From the NCBI GenBank assembly GCA_041664245.1, contig JBAYLC010000005.1:8695-72694 (forward strand): a stretch of 64,000 nucleotides of DNA, in the 5' to 3' direction. Made by a program: the position numbers and the translations under genes. Position 1 is the stretch's first letter. Every line of letters starts with the position of its first letter. Under the pieces are notes generated by a model. The model had not been told where the DNA came from. It saw only the letters and a list, made by a program, of their open reading frames with translations, and did no database searches. This DNA comes from Minisyncoccota bacterium (GTDB lineage Bacteria; Patescibacteriota; Minisyncoccia; UBA6257; 2-01-FULL-56-20). Shown in pieces: positions 29,801 through 39,245 of this stretch.

Positions 29801-30804
29801 AAAAAATAAATATCGGCATCGTTGGTGCTGGCAATATCGGCAGTAAAAGAGCTGAGGTTCTCAAAAAATTTAAAAATTGCCACCTTGTTGCCGTAAGTGA
29901 AGTTGATCCAAAAAGAGCCAGTGAATTTGCCAAAACTTACCAATGTGAAATTGTTTCCAAGTGGAGGGACTTGATTAATCGGCCCGATCTTCACGTTGTT
30001 ATTGTTTCGGTTCCTAATGTATTTACTGCTCCCGTTGTTATTGCTGCTCTAAAATCAGGTAAGCATGTTCTCTCTGAGAAGCCTTTTGGAAAAAATTCAA
30101 AAGAATCTCTTGCTATCATTAAGGCTGCCCGCAAAAATAAGCGGCTGGTGAAAGTTGGTTTCAATCATCGTTTCCACGCTGCCATAGGAAAGGCCAAAGA
30201 AATTTTTTATCGGGGAGAAATCGGAAAAATAATGTTTATCCGGTCCCGATACGGTTACGGCGGTCGCTTAGGAATGCAAAACGAATGGCGTTTTAACAAA
30301 AAAATTTCCGGCGGCGGGGAGCTTCTCGATCAAGGGGTTCATATTATTGATCTCTGCCGCTATTTTGCTGGTGAGTTTAAAGAAGTCTTCGGCTCCGTCT
30401 CTTCAAAATTTTGGTCTCCCGGAGTGGACGACAACGCTTTTGCCATAATGAAAAATGAAAAAGTTACCGCTAGTTTTCACGTTAGTGCTACCCAATGGAA
30501 GAATCTTTTTTCTTTTGAAATTTACGGTGACAAAGGTTTTTTAGATATTGAAGGAAAGGGTGGCAGCTACGGCCGGGAAACCCTTATTTTTGGAAAAAGA
30601 AAAAAAGAGTTTGGAATTCCTATTTTAAAAAATTTCGAATTTTCGGAAGATATTAGTTGGGAAAAAGAATGGCAGAATTTTTTGGGCGCCCTAGAAAATA
30701 AAAATAAAATTAACGGCGACATGAATGATGGTTATTTTGCTAACTATATCGCCGAAGCGATTTATAAATCTTCTAAATTAAATAAAATAGTTAGAATCAG
30801 CTGA
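29797..30804 (+). CDS. Gfo/Idh/MocA-family oxidoreductase (LmbZ-like)
   Basis: GIVGAGNIG, HVLSEKP, GFNHRF, GGGELLDQGVH. Confidence 0.88.
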   Translation: MKKINIGIVGAGNIGSKRAEVLKKFKNCHLVAVSEVDPKRASEFAKTYQCEIVSKWRDLINRPDLHVVIVSVPNVFTAPVVIAALKSGKHVLSEKPFGKNSKESLAIIKAARKNKRLVKVGFNHRFHAAIGKAKEIFYRGEIGKIMFIRSRYGYGGRLGMQNEWRFNKKISGGGELLDQGVHIIDLCRYFAGEFKEVFGSVSSKFWSPGVDDNAFAIMKNEKVTASFHVSATQWKNLFSFEIYGDKGFLDIEGKGGSYGRETLIFGKRKKEFGIPILKNFEFSEDISWEKEWQNFLGALENKNKINGDMNDGYFANYIAEAIYKSSKLNKIVRIS

Positions 30805-30853
30805 TTATCTTTGACACAAATTTTGGTTTGGTTTAAACTAGAACCAACTCAAT

Positions 30854-31582
30854 ATGCCTCAAAAAATCGAAGATTTGAAGATAAAGATTTTTGCTGATGG
30901 CGCCGAAAAAGAAGGAATGGTTGAGCTGGCCAAACAGCCCTTCATTAAGGGTTTTACCACTAACCCGACTTTAATGCGGAAGGCTGGTATTACTGATTAT
31001 GTAAGTTTTGCCAAAGATATTCTTTCGGTTATAAAAGACAAATCCGTTTCTTTTGAAGTTTTTTCTGATGAATTTAATGAGATGGAACGCCAAGCGCGTC
31101 TCATTGCCTCTTGGGCTCCTAATGTTTATGTGAAAATTCCGATTTCTAACACAAAAGGGGAGTCGTCTTTTGATTTGGTAAAAAAACTTGCTTCAAGCGG
31201 CGTGAAAGTGAACGTCACGGCTATTTTAACCGTTCCCCAAACTGAGCACATAGTTAAGGCGCTTTCGCCCAGTGTTCCCTCCATAATCTCGGTTTTCGCC
31301 GGCCGAATCGCTGACACCGGAGTTGATCCAATGCCAATTATGAAAGAAGCTAAACAGATCATGACTGCATTTCCAAACGCCGAGCTTCTTTGGGCGAGTA
31401 CCCGGGAACTATATAACATCTATCAAGCCGAAGTAGTTGGGGCCGACATTATCACCGTTACCCACGACATCTTGAAAAAATTAGGGAAAGTAGGTTATGA
31501 TCATCACGAATTGTCAGTTGAAACCGTCAAAATGTTTTATGATGACGGCCAAAAAGTAGGGTATACCCTCTACGAATCTTAA
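30854..31582 (+). CDS. Transaldolase, short TalC/FSA type (LmbR-like)
   Basis: IFADGA, GFTTNPTL, Schiff-base VYVKIP, VNVT, SVFAGRIAD, LWAS. Confidence 0.9.
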   Translation: MPQKIEDLKIKIFADGAEKEGMVELAKQPFIKGFTTNPTLMRKAGITDYVSFAKDILSVIKDKSVSFEVFSDEFNEMERQARLIASWAPNVYVKIPISNTKGESSFDLVKKLASSGVKVNVTAILTVPQTEHIVKALSPSVPSIISVFAGRIADTGVDPMPIMKEAKQIMTAFPNAELLWASTRELYNIYQAEVVGADIITVTHDILKKLGKVGYDHHELSVETVKMFYDDGQKVGYTLYES

Positions 31583-31587
31583 GAAAT

Positions 31588-32202
31588 ATGTACTCAGAAT
31601 ATATAAATAGCTATCTAAATGAGGTTAAAACGATCGTTGATAAAATTGATCGAAATTCGATTAATAAATTTATAGAAGTTTTGAAAGGGGTTCGGGATCA
31701 AAAGGGGCGCTTGTTCATTATTGGCATCGGCGGCGGTGCCGGTCACGCCAGTCACGCGGTGAACGACTTCCGCAAACTCACCAGTATTGAATCCTATACT
31801 CCCGTTGATAACGTTTCGGAAATGACCGCCAGAGCCAATGACGATGGCTGGCACACGATTTTTTCTAATTGGCTTGCGGGAAGCTCTTTAAATAATAAAG
31901 ATGCCGTTTTTGTTTTCTCTGTTGGCGGCGGAAATTCCGAGAAAAATATCAGCCCTAACATTGTTGAAGCTCTTAAATATGCCAAGCAAGTTGGCGCGAA
32001 AGTAGTTGGAATTGTCGGTCGGGACGGCGGTTACACCGCCCAAGTGGCCGATGCCTGCGTTATTGTTCCAGTTGTAAATTCTGAAAACGTCACTCCTCAC
32101 ACCGAAGCTTTTCAGGCTATCATCTGGCACCTCATTGTTTCTCATCCCGGTTTTAAAACCAAAGAAGGTAAATGGGAGTCCGTCCAAACTCGAATAAGTT
32201 AG
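31588..32202 (+). CDS. SIS-domain sugar-phosphate isomerase (divergent GmhA/LmbN-like)
   Basis: GIGGGAGHASHAVNDF, TARAND, SVGGG, TPHTE; differs from the canonical GmhA at 19234. Confidence 0.8.
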   Translation: MYSEYINSYLNEVKTIVDKIDRNSINKFIEVLKGVRDQKGRLFIIGIGGGAGHASHAVNDFRKLTSIESYTPVDNVSEMTARANDDGWHTIFSNWLAGSSLNNKDAVFVFSVGGGNSEKNISPNIVEALKYAKQVGAKVVGIVGRDGGYTAQVADACVIVPVVNSENVTPHTEAFQAIIWHLIVSHPGFKTKEGKWESVQTRIS

Positions 32203-32765
32203 CCAGAAGGAAAGCTGTTTTTCTCGACCGCGACGGAACTATAATCCATCACGTCGAGTTGATGCACCGGGTCGCTGATTTGAAATTTTTCCCGCAAACT
32301 GCGAGTGCAATCAAATCGCTAAATCGGCTCGGATTTTTAGTGGTGGTAATTACAAACCAGCCAGTTATCGCGCGCGGGATTATCACTCCCAAAGAAGTTG
32401 ATGCGATCCACGCCGTCTTAATAGAACGCCTGAATAAAAAAGGCGCTCGTATTGATGCCGTCTATTTTTGCCCCCATCATCCCAACGCCGACTTAAAAAA
32501 ATATCGCCTCAAATGCCGCTGTCGCAAACCAGCCCCCGGGCTTATCCTGAAAGCCCTTAAGGAATTCAATATTAATCCTAAAAAAAGTTTTATGATCGGC
32601 GATTCGGTGATTGATATTGTTGCCGGGCATAAAGCCAAACTCAAAACTATTCTTGTTAAAACCGGTCCCGGCCACGCCCGAGACAAAGAATTCGTTGATA
32701 TCAAACCGAATTTTACTTCCGAAAATTTACTCGCCGCCGTTAAGATCGTTGAAGATCATTCTTGA
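32172..32765 (+). CDS. gmhB: HAD IIIA sugar-bisphosphate phosphatase (GmhB/LmbK-like)
   Basis: FLDRDGT, ITNQ, CPHH...CRCRKP, MIGDS. Confidence 0.85.
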   Translation: MGVRPNSNKLARRKAVFLDRDGTIIHHVELMHRVADLKFFPQTASAIKSLNRLGFLVVVITNQPVIARGIITPKEVDAIHAVLIERLNKKGARIDAVYFCPHHPNADLKKYRLKCRCRKPAPGLILKALKEFNINPKKSFMIGDSVIDIVAGHKAKLKTILVKTGPGHARDKEFVDIKPNFTSENLLAAVKIVEDHS

Positions 32766-32782
32766 TTTTCGTTTTATAAATC

Positions 32783-33535
32783 ATGAATTCTAATTCATCT
32801 AAAATAACTCAGGCCGTCATTCTCTGCGCCGGTCTTGGTACTCGCCTTCGGCCGTTAACCGATACCGTTCCCAAGCCGATGATTCCTCTTTTAGGTAAGC
32901 CGATGCTTGAGTGGAATATTGAGAATTTAAAAAGCCATGGTGTCGCCGAATTTTTTATTAATCTTCATCACCTTCCCGAGGTGGTCAAAAATTATTTCGG
33001 CGATGGTTCGCGTTTTGGGATAAAAATAAATTATAGTTACGAACCGGAAATCTTGGGCACTGCCGGCGGCCTCAAAAATTTCGAGAATTTGGTCGGAGAA
33101 AATTTCTTTTTGATTTATGGCGATATGTTAAGTTTAGTTGATTATTCCAAAATGGCCACTGCCTTTTTTTCGAAAAAAGATTCGATCGGTATGCAACGGA
33201 CCAAGAAAACCAGTGACTATGCGGATGCCGATGTGGCCGAACTGGACAGTGATATGAAATTTATAAAAATCCACCCTAAACCCCATCTCGAATCCTATCC
33301 CAACGCCCATCGCATGCGCGGCGTCTTTATATTCAGAAAAGAAATTTTTTCTCTAATTCCCGCCAAAACTTTTTACGAAATCGGGCGCCAGCTTCTTCCT
33401 GGCGTTGTGGCTAGGGGAAAAAATTTCTATGGTTATGAGTGTGAGGAATATTCCAAAGGAATTGATACAGTAGATAAATATAAAGAGGTGGAAAGTTATC
33501 TAAAAAATATTAATTTAAAAGAGTTTATAAAATAA
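32783..33535 (+). CDS. Sugar-1-phosphate nucleotidyltransferase (LmbO/HddC-like)
   Basis: ILCAGLGTRLRPLT, PKPM, LGTAGG, YGD. Confidence 0.85.
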   Translation: MNSNSSKITQAVILCAGLGTRLRPLTDTVPKPMIPLLGKPMLEWNIENLKSHGVAEFFINLHHLPEVVKNYFGDGSRFGIKINYSYEPEILGTAGGLKNFENLVGENFFLIYGDMLSLVDYSKMATAFFSKKDSIGMQRTKKTSDYADADVAELDSDMKFIKIHPKPHLESYPNAHRMRGVFIFRKEIFSLIPAKTFYEIGRQLLPGVVARGKNFYGYECEEYSKGIDTVDKYKEVESYLKNINLKEFIK

Positions 33536-33538
33536 TAA

Positions 33539-33566
33539 AAAAGCCGTTGTACAAGCAACGGCTTTT
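33539..33566. terminator. Bidirectional intrinsic terminator
   Basis: AAAAGCCGTTG-tacaag-CAACGGCTTTT between convergent genes. Confidence 0.8.
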
Positions 33567-33584
33567 GGTCTAGCTTCTATTCAG

Positions 33585-34331
33585 CTAACGGCCACGATTA
33601 TTGAGACTGTCTATAACCGCGAGAATATCTACTTCTAGCCAGCTACAAAATACTCGGTAAGCGCCAGTTTGGTAGAGGGGTATGATCGCGGAAGGACAAT
33701 CGTAAACTGTCATTCCGACTACTGGGGATTTAGCCGCAACCCCAGCGGCAAGACCACGAAGTGAATCTTCGATGACCACCTGTTCCGCCGGGTCAATTTC
33801 CATTCGCCTTGCCGTTTCCAAGAAAATATCCGGCTCGGGTTTGTGCCGTATCCTACTGCCTTCGTCAGCCAAGACGATTTGGTTTCCGTCAAAATACTCA
33901 TCGAATCCGATGGCTTTCCAGTAGATCCAGAACTCTTCTGACAGAGTCGACGATCCGATCGTTACCTTTAGTTCCGCTTCTCTCAACCTCTTCAAGGAAT
34001 TAAGAAATCCCGGTCTTGGTGCGATCTGTCGTTCTCCAGAAGCAATTTGCTGAACAAATTGTTTGAAATGCATGCTTGATCTGGTCAAAATTTGCTCGGC
34101 GTTCAACTGAGGGGTAATCCCTCTCCTTTTCATCAGATCAAAAATTTGTTCAGCGATGAGTTTTCCCGGACCGCCCGATAAATTTGGAATCAAATCGACC
34201 GCTTCTTGCACGGTTAACTCAATTCCAGCTTCCTTGGCCGCCATACGATGAGCAAGATGATGGCCGTCTTTTTCGAAATCAATGACTGGTCCCTCAAAAT
34301 CAACCGCCACTCCTCTAATCCTACGATTCAT
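33585..34331 (-). CDS. HAD-family phosphatase (beta-PGM/CbbY-like)
   Basis: Motif I variant VDFEGPVID, KPEPDIF, IEDSLRG. Confidence 0.78.
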   Translation of the reverse strand: MNRRIRGVAVDFEGPVIDFEKDGHHLAHRMAAKEAGIELTVQEAVDLIPNLSGGPGKLIAEQIFDLMKRRGITPQLNAEQILTRSSMHFKQFVQQIASGERQIAPRPGFLNSLKRLREAELKVTIGSSTLSEEFWIYWKAIGFDEYFDGNQIVLADEGSRIRHKPEPDIFLETARRMEIDPAEQVVIEDSLRGLAAGVAAKSPVVGMTVYDCPSAIIPLYQTGAYRVFCSWLEVDILAVIDSLNNRGR

Positions 34332-34346
34332 ATTCCCTCTCTTTCG

Positions 34347-34784
34347 TTATGATTTCTGTTTTATTGTCAGTAATAGCACTGATGCCACACCCATCGAGTA
34401 ACCCAATCCTTGTCTCCAAGTAAAGGGTTCTTGTCCTGTGGTGATTTTAATGGTTGTCACCACTATAATCTGGGTGATGATAACGACGATATACATCGTC
34501 GCTAAACTCCCAACCGGATCGGCACTGTTTCTAGCCAGAGCGATCATTTTCTGAAAAAAAATCTGACCAACTCCGTTTATTAGCGCCGTGCCTATTCCTA
34601 AAGCCAGTAAGACTGAAATAGGAAAATTGAACTGGCGATAAAATGGCAGAAAAACTACAGTTGTTCCCAAAGAGAGAACAATTGCTGCCGTCTGCCAATT
34701 CAGACCCGTCCGAGACATTAGGAACGGCCACGTTGCGAAACACGCAGCCGCCGCCACCGGAAAAAGAAATGTCTTTAACTCCAA
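34347..34784 (-). CDS. Small multi-TM protein, DMT/EamA-like half transporter
   Basis: About five hydrophobic helices, GQEPFTWRQGLG C-terminal motif; TTG start after AGAGAGGA. Confidence 0.6.
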   Translation of the reverse strand: MELKTFLFPVAAAACFATWPFLMSRTGLNWQTAAIVLSLGTTVVFLPFYRQFNFPISVLLALGIGTALINGVGQIFFQKMIALARNSADPVGSLATMYIVVIITQIIVVTTIKITTGQEPFTWRQGLGYSMGVASVLLLTIKQKS

Positions 34785-34829
34785 CTCATCCTCTCTTTCT
34801 GTATTTGCGTTGTAAATAAAACTGGCTAC

Positions 34830-34858
34830 ATTGTAATAGATTATTCAAAATTTGTCAA
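34830..34858 (-). promoter_or_regulatory. Sigma70 promoter of the DMT-HAD unit
   Basis: TTGACA-AATTTTGAATAATCTAT(17)-TACAAT on the minus strand. Confidence 0.75.
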
Positions 34859-34861
34859 AAT

Positions 34862-34890
34862 AAAAAGGAGGATTCATTCCTGAATCCTCC
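34862..34890 (-). terminator. Intrinsic terminator after the IMPase-like gene
   Basis: GGAGGATTCA-4-TGAATCCTCC hairpin followed by a U-tract on the minus strand. Confidence 0.75.
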
Positions 34891-34914
34891 CAACGTTTCT
34901 AAGTTCGACGATCT

Positions 34915-35844
34915 CTATCGGATTTTTTCTAGAATCTTCCAGAGTTTTTCCGCCTGCTGCGAATCTCTTGTGGCGATGAGCGCAGTGCGGCGAACATTAG
35001 TTTTTGTTCTCCTATACGAAATCTCGTCAAGATTTTCGAGGCGAATAATTCTCCTAGCTTGCCGATGAACCTCGTGGCGATAAAGAATTACTTTTCCGCC
35101 AAGCGCGTTAATAATCGCCATTCCGGGAGTTATGTCCCAGATCGCTTGGTGGTCTTGAATTACTCCATCGGCGATTCCGCAGGCAATCATCGCGAGGGCC
35201 ATCGATCCCGAATTAGCTGTAAGCAAGCGTCTGGTTTTAGTAGCGAGCTCGTTTTTGACCTGATTAAACAAGGGAAGTAAATCAAGATCGGCTCCCCAAT
35301 ACCAGACTCGTGTTTGATCTTGTTTCGGTTCTCGCTCGATTCCGCCGTCTTCCTCCAGCCACAAAACCCCTTTCCCAATTTCTCCAATCACCAGGGTGCC
35401 GCCTCTTATCTCCGGCATATAAACTACACCGGCTATAAGTTTGTCGTCTTCCCAAACCGCAATCGCTACTGACCAATCCGGCAAGCCGAGAGCTTGCATA
35501 GCGGTACCATCTATAGAATCCACATCAAAACGCAGGCCGTCAAAAGAAAAAACATAATTCGGATCATTTCTCCCCGTCGAGAGAAGAAGATTTGAGTATC
35601 TCTCTGTTTTTTCCTCTGCTAGAAACTTCGCTTCGGGATGGAGAGCGGAAAGAAGTAGAATTATCAACTCCTGAGCGGCAACGTCCGTAGGAGTAACTAT
35701 CGCCCTGAAGTTCTCCTTACTTCTTGTACTTCTCGTGTTCTTCGGAAGGGAGCCGCCTCTGATTATTTTTCCTACAATAAGCGCTACTTGAGCAGCACTC
35801 ACCACAGGAAATGAGAATCGTTGCAGACCAATAAGGGCTTTCAT
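34915..35844 (-). CDS. Inositol-monophosphatase-family sugar phosphatase
   Basis: VTPTDVAAQ, LAEE, VDSIDGT (DPIDGT variant), WDITPG. Confidence 0.78.
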   Translation of the reverse strand: MKALIGLQRFSFPVVSAAQVALIVGKIIRGGSLPKNTRSTRSKENFRAIVTPTDVAAQELIILLLSALHPEAKFLAEEKTERYSNLLLSTGRNDPNYVFSFDGLRFDVDSIDGTAMQALGLPDWSVAIAVWEDDKLIAGVVYMPEIRGGTLVIGEIGKGVLWLEEDGGIEREPKQDQTRVWYWGADLDLLPLFNQVKNELATKTRRLLTANSGSMALAMIACGIADGVIQDHQAIWDITPGMAIINALGGKVILYRHEVHRQARRIIRLENLDEISYRRTKTNVRRTALIATRDSQQAEKLWKILEKIR

Positions 35845-35845
35845 C

Positions 35846-36766
35846 TCATATCCCTTCGCCGCGCAAATGAGCGGCAGTAATCTCGTGCGGCCACGGGACC
35901 GTCATCGGCTGTTCTCCTAGAAGTCCAGAATCTTCTGTCGCGCCCCAGTTATTCAGAATTGGCACATAAAATCCATAAACAAGACTTCCAAGTTCGGTGA
36001 TTTTGAAGCTCATCTTGTATTCTGGCGGCAATCCTCCGGGATCGCTTCGAAAACGTTCGGCGTAGAGCCGAATTATTTTGAGAACAATGTTGGCGAATTG
36101 GACTCGTGACGCCTGCCCAATGTTTATCGTCTCTTTGGGAACAAAAAAACATTGGCCGGCTCGATATCCGCCTGCGAAAACTCGACAAGTCGAATCCTCG
36201 AAAATCAGTAACTCTGGTCGCTGCCCTTGTTCATCGAGCCACTTTCTGACATCGCCTCGGTTCATTTCGATTCCATAACCGAGACTTCCTGGTTTTGCCA
36301 ACTTAGCCGGAGCTGGTGGCTCCAAGATATGGAAATGTAGATGAGGAATGTTCTGTCCGGCAAGAGGACCGATATGAACGGTAAGTGATAGAAATCTCTT
36401 TACCTCTCCCGCAACCATATCCACAATTTTCGACGCCACCATTAAAACTTCCCCAAAAGATCCAGCCCCGCCCAACTCATACAAACGATTATTATCCCAA
36501 CATGAATTAGGAATAATTAAGTCGTGTATTGGATAGGGGGTAAATTGATTTTTCATCACCGCCCAGGTTCCGTTTGCCCCCGGGTAGAGAGTTTTTTCTT
36601 CTGCATTCCATTTCGTGCAAAACGGGCAACTCGCCGAATCGGCTACTGGTAGTCGCTGTTGCCAGGATCGCCTAAGCTTTATTTCCGTTCTGGTTCCTCC
36701 AAAGAAAATTCCTGGACCTCCGCCCGGAATTCCCTCAATCTTCATCGGGAAAACCGATTCAGTCAT
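35846..36766 (-). CDS. HIT/GalT-superfamily nucleotide hydrolase/transferase
   Basis: CPFC, NQFTPY.HDLIIP, AGQNIPHLHFHI (HxHxH); strong RBS AAGGAGAGG. Confidence 0.72.
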   Translation of the reverse strand: MTESVFPMKIEGIPGGGPGIFFGGTRTEIKLRRSWQQRLPVADSASCPFCTKWNAEEKTLYPGANGTWAVMKNQFTPYPIHDLIIPNSCWDNNRLYELGGAGSFGEVLMVASKIVDMVAGEVKRFLSLTVHIGPLAGQNIPHLHFHILEPPAPAKLAKPGSLGYGIEMNRGDVRKWLDEQGQRPELLIFEDSTCRVFAGGYRAGQCFFVPKETINIGQASRVQFANIVLKIIRLYAERFRSDPGGLPPEYKMSFKITELGSLVYGFYVPILNNWGATEDSGLLGEQPMTVPWPHEITAAHLRGEGI

Positions 36767-36826
36767 GATTCCTCTCCTTCTTTCTAGATTTATTCAAATA
36801 TTCTCTGTTATCAAAATTCCGACTAT

Positions 36827-36855
36827 ATAATAATAGATAAACCAAAATTTGTCAA
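36827..36855 (-). promoter_or_regulatory. Sigma70 promoter of the HIT-IMPase unit
   Basis: TTGACA-AATTTTGGTTTATCTAT(17)-TATTAT on the minus strand. Confidence 0.7.
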
Positions 36856-36884
36856 AAAGCTAAAAAATCTGTTATCTTTCATTA

Positions 36885-37736
36885 ATGGCTAATCCTAAAA
36901 TCAGCGTCCTAATCGCCACCTATAACCGTTCTAATTTAATCAGCCGCGCCATTCAAAGTGTCATTGATCAAAATTTCAAAAACTGGGAACTTCTCATCGC
37001 CGACGACGGCTCTACTGATGACACCGAAAAAATTGTCCGTAGCTTTGCGATTCAGGATGAGCGTGTCAAACATCTAAAAAGTGAGCACTTTGGCCGCATC
37101 GCCAAAATTTCCAATTTCGGCCTTCGCCACGCGAAAGGGGAATATATTGCCATCTTGGATGATGATGATCATTGGTGTGATCCCGAAAAATTGAACAAGC
37201 AAATAAAATTTTTAGACGAAAATCCTGATTATGCCGGTTGCGGCGGCGGCTTTATCGTTGTTGATGAAAATCAAAAAGTTAAGATGAAATTTTTCAAACC
37301 GGAAAAAGACGAAGAGATCAAAAAGAATTTTTTAATCGCTAACCCAATGGCCAACTCAACCACAATGTTTCGGTTGTCGGTCGCTAAAAAAGTTGAGCTC
37401 TATGATGAAGCCCTGCCTCAATTCGCCGACTGGGATTTTTGGCTGAAAATGGGAGTTGCGGGAAAGCTTTATAATTTCCCCGAATACTTTTCCTATTATC
37501 TGATGTGGGATAAAAGTATGTCATTCAGCAGGCAGAAAGAAGCTTCTTATTCGGCTCTTATAATTATTCCTCGCTACAAAAAAAAATATCCAAGCTATCT
37601 TAAGGCTAAAACTCTGGTATTAATTTATTATCTCTACACTCATTTACCAGAATTTATTAAAAAATTTTTGAACCCAATTTTATCTAATCTTAAAAAAATA
37701 ATCTTTTCTGGCCGATCTGCTCACCCCTTTGAATAA
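36885..37736 (+). CDS. GT2-family glycosyltransferase
   Basis: ISVLIATYN, ADDGSTD, ILDDDD, ADWDFW. Confidence 0.9.
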   Translation: MANPKISVLIATYNRSNLISRAIQSVIDQNFKNWELLIADDGSTDDTEKIVRSFAIQDERVKHLKSEHFGRIAKISNFGLRHAKGEYIAILDDDDHWCDPEKLNKQIKFLDENPDYAGCGGGFIVVDENQKVKMKFFKPEKDEEIKKNFLIANPMANSTTMFRLSVAKKVELYDEALPQFADWDFWLKMGVAGKLYNFPEYFSYYLMWDKSMSFSRQKEASYSALIIIPRYKKKYPSYLKAKTLVLIYYLYTHLPEFIKKFLNPILSNLKKIIFSGRSAHPFE

Positions 37737-37757
37737 AAATTGAAGGCTCAATCTTAT

Positions 37758-39224
37758 CTATATTTTAATTTTTAATATTGCGAGAGAATCTTTAAGTAAG
37801 GGTTCTTTAGTAAAATAAAGAACTCCGAAATACACAAAAATAGACGCCCCGATATTCATCAAAAGGTTAGTTTTTAAAATTAATAATACAAAAGTTACAA
37901 TCGCCATTACCAAAGTAGCTATTACTATATTTTTTAAAACCGGCACAACCCTGAAATAATTTATTCTCTTCATTTTATTCCAAAGATAAGCATTGCTCGC
38001 AGAGATAGCAATCAATGTCGCTATGGCCGATCCAGTAATTCCAAATCTAGGAATTAAGATTAAATCCAATAAAACATTTAAAAATCCTCCTATTATCGCA
38101 TTTATAATCAAACTCTTTTGATTGTTATAAGAAAATATTGCGCTACTTAAAATAACCGCCGGGAAATTGATCATCAAGGTGAGAATGAGAATTTGGAATG
38201 ATAGAGTGGCTCCAGAATATGCGCTGCCGAAAAGGAAACTTATAATATTTCCCCCAAGAATAACCCCCCCGATGGATATAGGAATTGCAACAAGCATGAC
38301 TGTCCCCAGTGTGTTTTCCATAACCCTGCGCATTTTTGTATTATCCTTTCCGGCTATTCTAGAAAAAAGAGGTAAGACGCTTACCGAAATAACGCTCGGA
38401 ATAATGTAAAAAATTTGAATTATCCTGTCTGCCGCTGAGTAAAGCCCCACATCTTTCGTGGTCAACAATCCTCCGATTAATAAAATGTCAGTATTTATCA
38501 TCAAAATTCCTAACACACCCGAGATAGCAAATGGCCACGCTGTAGATAAGATTGGCTTAACCAACTTAAAACAAAAATCTGAAAAAAGCTGGCGAAGTTT
38601 ATCTCTAAGAATAAAAGCTGTTGCCATCACGCCTAGTCCAGTGCCAAGCGCGTACGCGAATGCGAATGATTTTACGCTCGGCCTTAACGAAAGAAAAATG
38701 AAGCCAAAAACAACTATTGCAACATTTGTTAATAAAAATAAACCAGCTTCCTTTTCCATTTTTTCATAGGCTCTATTCAGGGCAAAGCCAAATTCCCGGA
38801 AGCTATCAAAAATTACTATAAAAACTACAATCGGCAATATTTCTTTTACTCCTTGAACACTAATAAAATGAGGGACGATAAATATTATTAAAAAAGCTCC
38901 AAGTATCAAAAATACAGTTTTTATAGTGAAAGAAGTAGAAAGTATACGTGATCTCTCGGCTGGGTCTTCGGTTTTTGTGGATTCTCTTATTAGAATAGAA
39001 TTAATTCCGAAATCAATAAAAATTGTGAAAAAAGCAGTTATTGTAACTGCGTAAGAAAAAATTCCCCACTTCTCCACTCCTAAAACCCTTGCGGCGTAGA
39101 TTATTATTATTGCCTTAATAAGTCTCCCGCCAACATTACTAACTGACAACCAAAAACTATTTTTTACTATGGTTTGCCGGGCGTTTTGATTTGTGAATAA
39201 AAATCCCTTTATTTTTTTTATCAT
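37758..39224 (-). CDS. wzx: Wzx-type oligosaccharide flippase
   Basis: 12-14 TM helices, ARVLG..G.FSY, DFGI, VGLYSAA, LIPRFGITGSAIAT; ATG 39224. Confidence 0.88.
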   Translation of the reverse strand: MIKKIKGFLFTNQNARQTIVKNSFWLSVSNVGGRLIKAIIIIYAARVLGVEKWGIFSYAVTITAFFTIFIDFGINSILIRESTKTEDPAERSRILSTSFTIKTVFLILGAFLIIFIVPHFISVQGVKEILPIVVFIVIFDSFREFGFALNRAYEKMEKEAGLFLLTNVAIVVFGFIFLSLRPSVKSFAFAYALGTGLGVMATAFILRDKLRQLFSDFCFKLVKPILSTAWPFAISGVLGILMINTDILLIGGLLTTKDVGLYSAADRIIQIFYIIPSVISVSVLPLFSRIAGKDNTKMRRVMENTLGTVMLVAIPISIGGVILGGNIISFLFGSAYSGATLSFQILILTLMINFPAVILSSAIFSYNNQKSLIINAIIGGFLNVLLDLILIPRFGITGSAIATLIAISASNAYLWNKMKRINYFRVVPVLKNIVIATLVMAIVTFVLLILKTNLLMNIGASIFVYFGVLYFTKEPLLKDSLAILKIKI

Positions 39225-39245
39225 TTGTTGTATAGTGACTTCCAA

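Noticed and set aside
25656-33535. Lincosamide antibiotic biosynthetic cluster
   Set aside because: Only the sugar-building families are present. No aminotransferase, thiol-transfer, proline-adenylation/condensation or resistance genes are seen, and the context is GTs, a flippase and a priming transferase.
33585-36766. Plant-type ascorbate (VTC2/VTC4) pathway
   Set aside because: The HIT motif is HxHxH (hydrolase type), not HxHxQ, and no lactone oxidase is seen; kept only as an analogy.
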